Shown here: one piece after another, positions 50,925-60,291 of the stretch
Position numbering within the stretch: position 1 is the first letter of the stretch
How the letters are laid out: every line of letters begins with the position of its first letter
NCBI GenBank assembly: GCA_043809585.1
Contig: JBDROZ010000022.1
Location: 1-64,000, forward strand
Source of the DNA: Candidatus Eiseniibacteriota bacterium
GTDB taxonomy: Bacteria > Orphanbacterota > Orphanbacteria > Orphanbacterales > Orphanbacteraceae
DNA: 64,000 nt
Reading direction: 5' to 3'
Notes under the pieces: model-generated
Told to the model about the DNA's origin: nothing
The model's database searches: none
Seen by the model: the letters and a program-made list of their open reading frames with translations, nothing else
Program-made: the position numbers and the translations under genes

Positions 50925-52535
50925 CTATTCCCCGATGACCACGGTGCCCGTCGATCCCCAGCGCTGGATCGTCAGCGGACGGGCGACGATCAGCCCTTCC
51001 GGATAAGAACCGGGGGCGACCGAGATCGTGCCCCCGTCGAAAGTCCCCGAGTGCCCCTCGATCATCGTGTTCCACGGATTCGTCGCGGAGCCGCTCTCGT
51101 AACCGCCGAAGGAACCGTTCACGAATACGGTGCTCCGCCCCATGTTCGTCAGCGTCACGACCGAGCTGTTCCCGTCCTCCCCGTTCACGGTGATCACGAT
51201 CCCGTCCCCCGGATCCGACAGCGCCTCGCCGGCGACGAAGTACGATCCTCCGTCGTAAGGATCGCCGTCTCCGTCGTAATCGATCATCCATGCGGGCTCC
51301 CTTCGACCCGGCTGGACCTCGTGAATCACCGCCGCTTCGGCCGGAACACAGGCGTCGTAGCCCGTGAAGCGCCGGGTTTCCACGGTGTAGTACTTCGGCG
51401 GGTCCTCGTATTGGTAGACCCCCGCGACCAGGTAGCGACCCGCGGGGGGGATCTCGGCAAGGTCGTGCAGACGGATCGTGGCCATGGCCGGCGTGGTGGG
51501 GAGGTAGTACTGATGGGCCGGGTGGATCCAACCGAGGTCGGCGTCGTACTTCTGGAAGGCGATCGGATGCTGGCCGACGATGCCGTAGTCCGGATGGACC
51601 ACGTTCTCCATGCCCCCCTTCCAGCTCATGAGGTCCCATTTCGATCCCCACAGCTCGTCCTCGTAGGGAGTTCTCGAGTGGGGGAGCCAGGCCAGGGCGT
51701 GCCCCATCTCGTGGGCGGCGACGCTCTGGTTCTCCCATCCCCAGATGGCGAGGTAGGTGAGCCCCCAGTAGCGCGTCTCTCCGTCGAGCGTCAGCTGGTC
51801 CCGCATGCCCCACGAGCAGCAGTCGAGCCAGGCGTTGAAGCAGATGTTGATGCCGGCGTACTGGGTGAAATCGACGTCGAAGTCCGCCACGGCGAGGGCA
51901 TGGATCCGGATCGAATCGCCGAGGATGGTGTCCCCCTCGCCGTCGTTGTCGAGGTCCCAGACGTAGAAGTCGCGATCGTGGGGCATGACGAACCAGCCGA
52001 ACACGTCGCTCCCCTGGCAGTTCATGTTGCCGTACGAGACTTCGTTCCAGTAGTGATCGACGCTCGGCCAGGGGCCTTCGGCGAGGCCCTCCACGTATTC
52101 CACGGTGTGCTGGGTGTCCGGGATGTCGGCGAATCGGAAGAGCAACCAGACGTACGGCTGGGGCCCGGTGGTGCCCCGGTCCGGGGGCTCGAGGGGTTCG
52201 CCGGTCGCCCGAACGCCTTCCACAAGGACCCGGCGGCCGTCCGCGACGAGCGACCGTCCCGTCACCGCCAGCGGCCGGGCCGTGAGGTTCCGGAGCCCCC
52301 CCGCCGCCTCGATGATCTCGTCGCCCAGCACGAGTTCGTACTTTCCCTCGTCCGTCGTGAGCGAGTAAGTCTCTCCTCCCTCCATTCCCGATTCGGGATG
52401 GGGGTCGTAGAAGGCGACGGCGAGCTTCCCCCCGAGGGTCACCCGGTCGCCGATCGCCGCGGCGCCGCCCGCCGCGGATCCCGAGAGTAGAGCGGCGGCG
52501 GCGAGGATGATTCCGATCGCTTTCATGGCCGGCAT
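50925..52535 (-). CDS. Secreted zinc metalloprotease (M6/M11-like metzincin)
   Basis: Signal peptide, YWNEVSYG, AHEMGHALAWLPH and WDLMS Met-turn. Start at 52535 or 52526. Confidence 0.78.
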   Translation of the reverse strand: MPAMKAIGIILAAAALLSGSAAGGAAAIGDRVTLGGKLAVAFYDPHPESGMEGGETYSLTTDEGKYELVLGDEIIEAAGGLRNLTARPLAVTGRSLVADGRRVLVEGVRATGEPLEPPDRGTTGPQPYVWLLFRFADIPDTQHTVEYVEGLAEGPWPSVDHYWNEVSYGNMNCQGSDVFGWFVMPHDRDFYVWDLDNDGEGDTILGDSIRIHALAVADFDVDFTQYAGINICFNAWLDCCSWGMRDQLTLDGETRYWGLTYLAIWGWENQSVAAHEMGHALAWLPHSRTPYEDELWGSKWDLMSWKGGMENVVHPDYGIVGQHPIAFQKYDADLGWIHPAHQYYLPTTPAMATIRLHDLAEIPPAGRYLVAGVYQYEDPPKYYTVETRRFTGYDACVPAEAAVIHEVQPGRREPAWMIDYDGDGDPYDGGSYFVAGEALSDPGDGIVITVNGEDGNSSVVTLTNMGRSTVFVNGSFGGYESGSATNPWNTMIEGHSGTFDGGTISVAPGSYPEGLIVARPLTIQRWGSTGTVVIGE

Positions 52536-52558
52536 CCCTCCTTCCCGTCTTCCGCCGC

Positions 52559-54727
52559 TCACTGGAGGTTCACCAGGACGAGGACGAGCCCCCGTCCCGA
52601 CCCGAGCCCCGACATCGCCTTGCCGATCACCGCCCCGTGGGAGCGGTCCCGGTCGACGGCCTTCATGGCGTGGCCCGGCGTGTCGGATGTCGTGAGAAGA
52701 TCGCCCGGCTTGATCGGGCCGTTCGACGCGTCGGCCTCGCAGTAGACCCGGCCGGTCAGGGCGACCGGATTCGCGCCGTCCGCCTCGGAGCCCCGCTGAC
52801 CCATCAGCATGCCGGGCTCGATCCCGCCGGCCCCGCTGATGACGCCCGCCACTTTCCTGTCGTACGCTTCGCGGCTGACGACGAGGTCCCCCGGCCTTTC
52901 CGGATCGACGGAGACCACCATGCCCGGCCGAGGATCGATCGAGCCCCCGCCCCGGATGTCGAACTGCTCCGACAGGTCCGAGCCGCCGGTGATCTCGAGC
53001 ACGTCGGTGGTCGTCCGTCCGTGCACCTCGACGTCGCCGGTGAACTTTCCCGCCAGGCCGCCGGTGCTGTAGCCGTAGACCGCCGTCCCCGTCGAACTGA
53101 CCCCGTAGACGCCGAACCCGGAGGAACTGACTCCCTGGACGCCCGTGGCCGATCCGACGGCGTTCCCCTTCACGGCGAAGCTCGAGCCGGCCAGGAATCC
53201 GTAATTCCCCGTGTTGAAGTGCTCGCCGTAGACGCCGTAGCCCGACCAGGTCTTGCCGTGGACGCCTTCGCTCGTCGAGCTCTGTCCCCAGACGCCGTAA
53301 CTCTGGGTGCTCGATCCGTAGACGCCCATGCCCGACGCGCTCTGCCCCCACACGCCGTCGCCGTCCGGGTTGTAGCCGATCACCGCTTTCGTGCCCGACA
53401 TGAGGGCGCCGTAGGCGCTGGTCCCGATCTTCCTGGCGTAGGCGCCGTAGTAGTAACCGCCGAGATAGCCGCAAAACCCGCCCGCGTCGTTTCGCCCGTA
53501 GACACCGGGGGATTGGGTGCCCGTCCCGAAGCCCCACACGCCGGCCGTGTCGCAGCCGAGGCGACCGATGTTGCCGGCCGGATCCGTCCCGTAGGCGCCG
53601 CAGAAGTCGAGGCCGAGACCGCCGATGTTCCAGCTCGTGTTGTTCCGGCCGTACACACCCTGGCCGGCCCCGGCGACGACCGCGAAGCTCGAGCCGTTGC
53701 CGTGGGTGGCGATCAGGCCCCCCACGCCGTCCCCGACGCCGATCTTCACTTCGTGCCCCTCGCCGGCCAGGACGTGCACCTTGCTCATGACGTCCGGCGC
53801 GGTCGTGCCGACGCCGACGCGCCCTTCGCCGTCCACGTAGACCACGTCGACCGGGTCGCCGTCCGCCGCGTCGAGGGAGTGGCCGTCCCCCGCGCCGCCG
53901 GACGAGGCGCTCGTCATGACCGATCCGTCGGGAAACTTGAAGCCCCCCGACGTGGAGTGCACGACGCCGCTCACTTCGAGCTTCTCGAGCGGATCGTCCG
54001 TGCCGATCCCGACCCGCCCGCCGATCACGACATCCGCGTCGGTCGTGTCGCCGCCACCCGGCGAATCCTTGAAGAAGAAGGTGTTGTTCTTGTAGCCGAT
54101 GAAATCCTCCGAGACACCGCCGTGGCCGAACCCGACATAGTTGCCCGGTGTGCCGACGTACGCCGTGTCGGGGCCGAAGGTGCCGGGAAGGTCGAGCCCC
54201 TCGGTGTACGTGTTCCCCTCCACCCAGAGTTTGGCGTACGGAACGACGCTTCCGATGCAGACGCTCCCCGGAACGCCGAGAATCAGGTGCGGTCCGGAGA
54301 CGACCCAGTCCTCGTCGGCGGCCGCGGCGGACGCCGAATCGGCGATCTCCGCGCGGAACGAGTAGGGGACCGACGTGACGCGGGTCCGCGGAGAAATCTC
54401 GGGATCGCCGTCCACCTGGACCCCGAGCCAAAGCTCGAGATTCTCCCAGACGTCGGCGGGGATGACGGCCGTGCTTCCCAGGATGACGTGAAAGACCCCG
54501 CCGTCGACGGCCACCGGGTCGTGGGTCTCCGTCCATAGAACTTCCGCGTCCGGAAGGGACGAAGGGTAGAGCTGGAAGACCAGCGCGTGGTCGCCGGTGA
54601 GAGGGACTCCCGAATCGTCCGTCAGGAGCCCCTGGTAGTTGATGAGCGGGGGCGCTTCGCCGGACACGGTAACGGCGAGGAGCGCGCAGACGCCGGCCGC
54701 GAGGAGAACGATCAACGTGCGTCTCAT
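52559..54727 (-). CDS. Secreted fibre-like beta-helical protein with GVxG repeats and C-terminal chaperone-like domain
   Basis: Signal peptide, PPLINYQGLLTD, GRVGIGT motifs, many G(V/A)(Y/W)G repeats and the C-terminal DLSEQF...GVIS...VALTGRV...GDLLTTS...IGKA. Confidence 0.78.
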   Translation of the reverse strand: MRRTLIVLLAAGVCALLAVTVSGEAPPLINYQGLLTDDSGVPLTGDHALVFQLYPSSLPDAEVLWTETHDPVAVDGGVFHVILGSTAVIPADVWENLELWLGVQVDGDPEISPRTRVTSVPYSFRAEIADSASAAAADEDWVVSGPHLILGVPGSVCIGSVVPYAKLWVEGNTYTEGLDLPGTFGPDTAYVGTPGNYVGFGHGGVSEDFIGYKNNTFFFKDSPGGGDTTDADVVIGGRVGIGTDDPLEKLEVSGVVHSTSGGFKFPDGSVMTSASSGGAGDGHSLDAADGDPVDVVYVDGEGRVGVGTTAPDVMSKVHVLAGEGHEVKIGVGDGVGGLIATHGNGSSFAVVAGAGQGVYGRNNTSWNIGGLGLDFCGAYGTDPAGNIGRLGCDTAGVWGFGTGTQSPGVYGRNDAGGFCGYLGGYYYGAYARKIGTSAYGALMSGTKAVIGYNPDGDGVWGQSASGMGVYGSSTQSYGVWGQSSTSEGVHGKTWSGYGVYGEHFNTGNYGFLAGSSFAVKGNAVGSATGVQGVSSSGFGVYGVSSTGTAVYGYSTGGLAGKFTGDVEVHGRTTTDVLEITGGSDLSEQFDIRGGGSIDPRPGMVVSVDPERPGDLVVSREAYDRKVAGVISGAGGIEPGMLMGQRGSEADGANPVALTGRVYCEADASNGPIKPGDLLTTSDTPGHAMKAVDRDRSHGAVIGKAMSGLGSGRGLVLVLVNLQ

Positions 54728-54937
54728 GACATTCCCTCCCATGGACACGGGTATTCGATTGTCGGCGGTTGCATATTGAAAACGAGCGGACCGGCCGGGG
54801 ATGGCCCGTGGGAAAACGAAGGAGCGGAGCGGAGGCCCGCCTCCGCGACGAAGACATTTTATCACATGTCCATTGCGGCACCAAGAGGCGGGGAGGTTTC
54901 GGCCATCAGGGCCGGCGGGCGGGGAATTCCGGCCGAT

Positions 54938-55279
54938 CTACTCCTCCGGGGCGGGCTTCCGGCGCTTCTCCTTCGTGAGGGATTGCTGGCGTTTGTCGGC
55001 GAGGCGCATGGCCCGGGAGGCGCGGGAGGGCTTCGTCGCGATCCGCTTCTTTCGGCGGGCGAATCGGGCGGCGAGGCGTTTCATGAGGCGCTCGAAAGCC
55101 ACCTTCCGGTTCCGCGCCCGGGAGCGGCTCTCCGTCGCGGTCACGACCACGCCGGTCGGCATGTGACGGAGTCGAACGCCCGTCTCGTTCTTGTTCCGGT
55201 GCTGCCCCCCCGGCCCGCCGACGCGCATGAATTCCTCCACCGTTTCCCGGCGCACCCGGTCCGGATCGAGGCGGCTCAC
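54938..55279 (-). CDS. Short class I release-factor-like peptidyl-tRNA hydrolase (ArfB/YaeJ-like)
   Basis: GGPGGQHRNK, RHMPTG and a basic C-terminal tail. GTGA overlap with the upstream gene. Confidence 0.85.
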   Translation of the reverse strand: MSRLDPDRVRRETVEEFMRVGGPGGQHRNKNETGVRLRHMPTGVVVTATESRSRARNRKVAFERLMKRLAARFARRKKRIATKPSRASRAMRLADKRQQSLTKEKRRKPAPEE

Positions 55280-56973
55280 GGCCTCTTCCCCTTCCGCCGG
55301 AGGGCGTCGGCGTGGAGGAGCTCGTCCCGGAAGAGGTCGGTCTTTCCGGCAAGCTTGTAGATCGCCGCGATCTTGTCGTGGCCGTCCGGATCGTGGCCGA
55401 GATCGTAGACGAGGATCGAGCCGCCGATGGTCGCGACCCGCGGGTAGTCGTCCAGCCAGTCGTAGAGGCCCCTCTTCGGGAGCCACACCCCCTGCTTCAC
55501 CATCCGGCTCACGGCGACCAGGTCCGGGTCCGGGTGGTAGCCGACGCTCTCCCGGTAGGCGCTCATGGGGAGCGTGTAAAGCCATCCCGGCAGGAAGCGG
55601 AACCGGATCCCGAAACGGGAGGGATCGTCGTTCCCGAAGTAGGCGAGGGAGCATCCTTCGTGGCCGTTCTTTCGGAGCCACGACGCGAGCCCCGGCAGGT
55701 CCTGTCCCCAGTCGACGTTCGAATCGGAGAGGATCCGCGAGCCCCCCTCCGCCCCTCCCGCGGGCTCGTTGAAATAGGAGAGGAAATGGGGATAAGCGGC
55801 GAGAACCGCGATCACCTGCCAGGCGAGAAGGGCCCCCACGACGCGCCGGCCCCACGTCCCGATCGCCCTCGCCGCCGCGAGACCGCCGAGGATGGCGAGG
55901 AAAGGAAAGAGGGGGAGCACGTAGCGGAGGCCGATGTTGATCCGGCTGACGAACATGAAGAAGAGGAGAACCGCCAGTGGCGGAAAGAGGAACCACGCCC
56001 CGTCGCGCCGGCGCCTCTCCCTGAGGACGATCCCCGCCCCCACCGCCGCGAGGAGGAGAAAGGGGACCGGAGTCTTCACGAGGAGGGCGACCGGGTAGTA
56101 GAGGGTCCATCCCCCCTTCTTGATCTCGCCGAAGAAGAAGGAGCGGAAGCCCTCGTTGGCGGTTCTCTGGTGCTCCACGCCGATGCCGAAGGGCCGCGGG
56201 AAGATTCCGAGATAGAGAGGACCGGCGTTCACCCCGTCGTGAAGGTAGAGGGGAAGATACCCGGCGTGGAGAATCGCGACGGCGAGGGCGAAGATGATCA
56301 CCGTCCTGACGAAGCGGCGGCGGCTCATCCCCGACGCGATGATCGCGGCGGCCGGGAGCAGGCCGAAGAGAATCAAGGCGCTGTACTTCGAGAGGAGCGC
56401 CAGGCCGAAGGCGAGACCGGCAAGGAGGAGATTCCTTGCCCCCCCTTCGTCGACCGCCCGCCGAAAGCGGAGGACCGCGAAGAAGAAAGTCGCGGTGAGG
56501 GGGAGGTCGGGCGTCGCGAGAGATCCGTGGGCGAGCAGGTTCGGGTCGCAGGCGGAGAGGACGAGCGCCCCCAGTCCGGCGCCGTCACCGAAGGAACGCC
56601 GCGCCTCCCGCCAGACGAGAAGGAGGAGAAGGAGCGTGAGGACGATCCCGGGAATCCGGGCGAGGATCAAACCCCGCCGCACCGGGAAGGCCCGGCAGAA
56701 TTCCCGCCCCCGCTCGTCCTGGTGGTCCGCCTCGAAGACCGACTCCGGGATCTCTCGGCCGAAAAAGAGAAGGGTGTTCAGGTAGTACGGAAGGGGGGGA
56801 TGGAGGCGGGCGCCCGGCACGTCCCAGTCCCCGGTTTCGAGCAGCCTTTTCCCGATGCCGATGTACTTCGCCTCGTCCACGGTGAGGGAATGGCGCGCCG
56901 CGCTCCCGATCATGAGGAGCGCCGAGAGGAGCAGAAGTAACAGGGGGACACCATGCCGAGCTTTCGATCTCAT
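55276..56973 (-). CDS. GT-C membrane glycosyltransferase (ArnT/PMT, GT39/83-like)
   Basis: TVDE..HPPL, ATPD, LLSKYS, IGLRY and DSNVDWGQDL. Many TM helices. Confidence 0.82.
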   Translation of the reverse strand: MRSKARHGVPLLLLLLSALLMIGSAARHSLTVDEAKYIGIGKRLLETGDWDVPGARLHPPLPYYLNTLLFFGREIPESVFEADHQDERGREFCRAFPVRRGLILARIPGIVLTLLLLLLVWREARRSFGDGAGLGALVLSACDPNLLAHGSLATPDLPLTATFFFAVLRFRRAVDEGGARNLLLAGLAFGLALLSKYSALILFGLLPAAAIIASGMSRRRFVRTVIIFALAVAILHAGYLPLYLHDGVNAGPLYLGIFPRPFGIGVEHQRTANEGFRSFFFGEIKKGGWTLYYPVALLVKTPVPFLLLAAVGAGIVLRERRRRDGAWFLFPPLAVLLFFMFVSRINIGLRYVLPLFPFLAILGGLAAARAIGTWGRRVVGALLAWQVIAVLAAYPHFLSYFNEPAGGAEGGSRILSDSNVDWGQDLPGLASWLRKNGHEGCSLAYFGNDDPSRFGIRFRFLPGWLYTLPMSAYRESVGYHPDPDLVAVSRMVKQGVWLPKRGLYDWLDDYPRVATIGGSILVYDLGHDPDGHDKIAAIYKLAGKTDLFRDELLHADALRRKGKRP

Positions 56974-57167
56974 CCGCTTCTTCCTCGATCTCCCCGTGTC
57001 GCCGATAGGTATCGTGTCCCCCGAATCACGAGTTCGGTATTGTGTCCCCCCGAATTCCCTTCTATCGCCGCTCCCCCCCCGGTGTCAAGGCGCCCCGCTT
57101 GCCGCCGCGCCGTCGATCGGATAGCTTCTTCGAGACGGAGGGGGTCCCCCCGGGGGGGAGGAGAACC

Positions 57168-58385
57168 ATGGGCGATTCGACGGACAAGCCGGCCATCCGG
57201 CCGGTCGAGGCGATTCCGACCCTTCACGAGGGGAAGCGGGTCGTCGTGCTTCGGGACCCGGAAGGGTACGCCGAACATCCGGTCGTCATCGGCGACCGGG
57301 GGGCGTGGATCCTCGGTCTGATGGACGGCGAGCACTCCCTCGTCGACATTCAGGCGGCGTACACCCGCCGGTACGGCGACATCCTCTTTTCCACCGATCT
57401 GGAGAAGCTCATCCGGGACCTGGACGAGGCGTGCCTCCTCGAGGGGGAGGGGTTTCGGAAGAAGCGGGAAGCCGCGGAGCGGGCGTACCGGGATGCTCCG
57501 GCGCGCCCCGCCCTCCACCTCGCCGGATACGACGCGAACGAGGAGACGTGGGGGCGATGGCTCGGCGCCTTCCTCGGCGAGGCCGGCGACCAGGAACCGG
57601 CGCCCCCGGCGGGGGTGCGCGCCCTCGTGGCGCCCCACATCGACCTTCGCCTCGGCGGCCCGGTCTACGGGTCGGCGTGGAAAGCGGCCCTCGGGGGGGA
57701 GCCGCCGGAGCTCGTCGTCTTGATCGGCACCTGCCACCACCCCCTCCCATCCCTCGTCTCCGTGACGGCGAAGGACTTCGAGACACCCCTCGGAACGGTG
57801 GAGGCCGACGGCGACTTCCTCCGCACTCTCGACGAGAAATCGGGCGGCGGTCTCTTCGACGACGAGATCGTCCACAGGAGGGAACACGCGATCGAATTCC
57901 AGGCACTCTTCGTCCGCCACCTCTTCGGGGACCGGACGAGGATCGCGCCGGTCCTCTGCTCCTACTCCCCCCTTCATCTTTCCGACGAGGCGCCCCCTGA
58001 GTTCGGGGAGCGGATCCGCTCCGTGGCGGGCGCCCTCGGGGACCTCGTGAAGAGGCGGGGGGGCCGGACCCTCCTCGTGGCGAGCGCGGACCTCTCCCAC
58101 GTCGGCCCCCGGTACGGCGACGAGAATGCGCCGGACGACGAGGAGCTCCGCGGCCTCGAGGAGTCGGACCGGGTCTACCTCGAAGCGGCGGCCGCCGGGG
58201 ACCCGGGAGGCCTCTCCCGCCGCCTCCTCGAGACGGCGGACTCGACCCGGATCTGCGGATACCCGCCGATGCACCTCATGCTCTCCGCCCTCGGCGGCTC
58301 CGACGGCGATCTTCTCCGCTACGACCAGGGCGTTATGGGCGAAGAGGGTTCGGTGGTGAGCTTCGCCGCCATGGCCTTCCAGTAG
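57168..58385 (+). CDS. MEMO1-family protein (AmmeMemoRadiSam protein B) with N-terminal extension
   Basis: VAPHID, GTCH, FETPLG, EHAIEFQ, SADLSHVG and ICG. Confidence 0.85.
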   Translation: MGDSTDKPAIRPVEAIPTLHEGKRVVVLRDPEGYAEHPVVIGDRGAWILGLMDGEHSLVDIQAAYTRRYGDILFSTDLEKLIRDLDEACLLEGEGFRKKREAAERAYRDAPARPALHLAGYDANEETWGRWLGAFLGEAGDQEPAPPAGVRALVAPHIDLRLGGPVYGSAWKAALGGEPPELVVLIGTCHHPLPSLVSVTAKDFETPLGTVEADGDFLRTLDEKSGGGLFDDEIVHRREHAIEFQALFVRHLFGDRTRIAPVLCSYSPLHLSDEAPPEFGERIRSVAGALGDLVKRRGGRTLLVASADLSHVGPRYGDENAPDDEELRGLEESDRVYLEAAAAGDPGGLSRRLLETADSTRICGYPPMHLMLSALGGSDGDLLRYDQGVMGEEGSVVSFAAMAFQ

Positions 58386-58410
58386 CCCCCTCCCGAAAGC
58401 CGCTCCCCGC

Positions 58411-58439
58411 TTGACCTCCCGGGGCGTTCTCCCTATGAT
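58411..58439 (+). promoter_or_regulatory. Sigma70-type promoter of top6B-top6A
   Basis: TTGACC-N17-TATGAT followed by an AAGGAG SD. Confidence 0.65.
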
Positions 58440-58461
58440 GCGGCGGACGAAGGAGTGCGGC

Positions 58462-60264
58462 ATGACACCACGGAAGAAAGCCGAAGCCCTGTCCGCCAAG
58501 GCCCAACCGGACCTCTTCGGAGCGGCGGCCCGGAAGAAAGGGAGCGCCCCGGAGAAGAAGAGAACCCGGAGGGTCGTTCCCGAGGCGGATCCGCCGAAGA
58601 AGAAGACCCGACCCCGCCCGACAGTGGAAACGGGCAAGCTGATCGAGCTTCCCGTCAAGGCCGCCCCCCCGGACAGAGTGAGGGAGCCGGCCGCCCCGAA
58701 GGCGCCCCGGCGCCCGAAGAAGAGCCCGCCGAAGCCGGGCAAGCAGCGGGAGATCTCGGTCAGCGAGTTCTTCGCCAAGAACCGCCACCTCCTCGGCTTC
58801 GACAATCCGTCGAAGGCGCTTCTCACCACGGTGAAGGAGGCGGTGGACAACTCCCTCGACGCGTGCGAGGAGGCGGAGATCCTCCCCCGCGTGGAGGTCC
58901 GCATCGAGCAACTCTCGGAAGACCGGTTCCGCATCGCCGTCGAGGACAACGGGCCGGGCATCGTGAAGAAAGAGGCGCCCCGCATCTTCGGCTCCCTCCT
59001 CTACGGGAGCAAGTTCCACCGTCTCCGCCAGTCCCGGGGGCAGCAGGGCATCGGCATCTCCGCCGCCGGCATGTACGGCCAGATGACGACGGGGAAGCCG
59101 ATGGTCGTCGTCTCCCGGACCGGCAAGAAGGCGACGGCCCACCGGTTCGCCCTCCTTCTCGACACGAAGAAGAACCTCCCCGTCATCGCCGAGGACGACG
59201 AGATCGAGTGGGGGCCGGAGCACGGGACCCGGGTCGAGATCGAGCTCGAGGGGACGTACAAGGGGGGACAGCACTCGGTGGACCGCTACCTCCGGCAGGT
59301 CGCCCTCGCCAATCCCCACGCCGAACTGCTTTATCACGCGCCCAAGGGAGAGACCCACCGCTACGAGCGGAGCGTGAGCGATCTTCCGCCCGAAGCGAAG
59401 GAGATCAAACCCCACCCCCGGGGGGTCGAGCTCGGCACGCTGATGAAGATGCTGAAGGAGACGAAGGCGAGGCACGTGAGCGCTTTTCTGACCCACGAGT
59501 TCAGCCGGGTGAGCGGCAAGGTGGCCGACGAGATCCTGGCGGCGGCGAATCTGAAGGCCAATACGAGCCCCGCCCGGGTGCACCGGGACGCGGCGGAGGT
59601 GCTCTACCGCGCCATCGGCAAGGCGAAGATCATGAACCCGCCGACCAACTGCCTCTCACCGATCGGCGAGGCCCAGCTGATCGCCTCGCTCCAGAGCCAT
59701 CACGAGCCGGAGTTCGTGGCCGCCGTGACCCGGCCGCCCACGGTCTACCGGGGGAACCCCTTCGTCATCGAGGCGGCGCTCGCCTACGGCGGGAAGAGTT
59801 TCGACGCGGACCAGACCGCGGAGCTCTACCGCTTCGCGAACCGGGTGCCGCTCCAATACCAGAAGTCGGCGTGCGCCATCACCAAGAGCGTCATCGACGT
59901 GGCGTGGCGGAGCTACATGGTCCAGCAGAGCCGGGGGGCCCTTCCCGTGGCGCCCATGGCGATTGCCGTGCACATCGCGTCGGTCTGGGTCCCCTTCACC
60001 TCCGAGTCGAAGGAGGCGATCGCCTCCTACCCGGAGATCCAGAAGGAAATCCGCCTCGCCCTCCAGGAGTGCGGGCGGAAGCTCGCCGCCCACATCCGCC
60101 GGGGGCGCCGCCTCGCCGACGCGGAGAAGAAGAGGAGCTACATCGAGAAATATCTTCCCCACATCGGGATCGCGTTGCAGGAGATCCTCGGCCTTTCCGA
60201 CGAGCGCCGGGACGAGCGGATGACGCAGCTCGAGGAGATCCTCGAGCGCAGCCGGAAGTTGTAG
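58462..60264 (+). CDS. top6B: DNA topoisomerase VI subunit B
   Basis: ISVSEFFAKNRHLLGF, KEAVDNSLDA, EDNGPGI, RGQQGIGIS, RFANRVPL and VPFTSESKE. Confidence 0.95.
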   Translation: MTPRKKAEALSAKAQPDLFGAAARKKGSAPEKKRTRRVVPEADPPKKKTRPRPTVETGKLIELPVKAAPPDRVREPAAPKAPRRPKKSPPKPGKQREISVSEFFAKNRHLLGFDNPSKALLTTVKEAVDNSLDACEEAEILPRVEVRIEQLSEDRFRIAVEDNGPGIVKKEAPRIFGSLLYGSKFHRLRQSRGQQGIGISAAGMYGQMTTGKPMVVVSRTGKKATAHRFALLLDTKKNLPVIAEDDEIEWGPEHGTRVEIELEGTYKGGQHSVDRYLRQVALANPHAELLYHAPKGETHRYERSVSDLPPEAKEIKPHPRGVELGTLMKMLKETKARHVSAFLTHEFSRVSGKVADEILAAANLKANTSPARVHRDAAEVLYRAIGKAKIMNPPTNCLSPIGEAQLIASLQSHHEPEFVAAVTRPPTVYRGNPFVIEAALAYGGKSFDADQTAELYRFANRVPLQYQKSACAITKSVIDVAWRSYMVQQSRGALPVAPMAIAVHIASVWVPFTSESKEAIASYPEIQKEIRLALQECGRKLAAHIRRGRRLADAEKKRSYIEKYLPHIGIALQEILGLSDERRDERMTQLEEILERSRKL

Positions 60265-60291
60265 AGGGCCGAAGGGCGAAGGAGAAGCGCC

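Noticed and set aside
50901-50927. TAGC-N19-GCTA spacer between convergent stops as an element remnant
   Set aside because: Only 4 bp of symmetry, 3 of which are forced by the two TAG stops.
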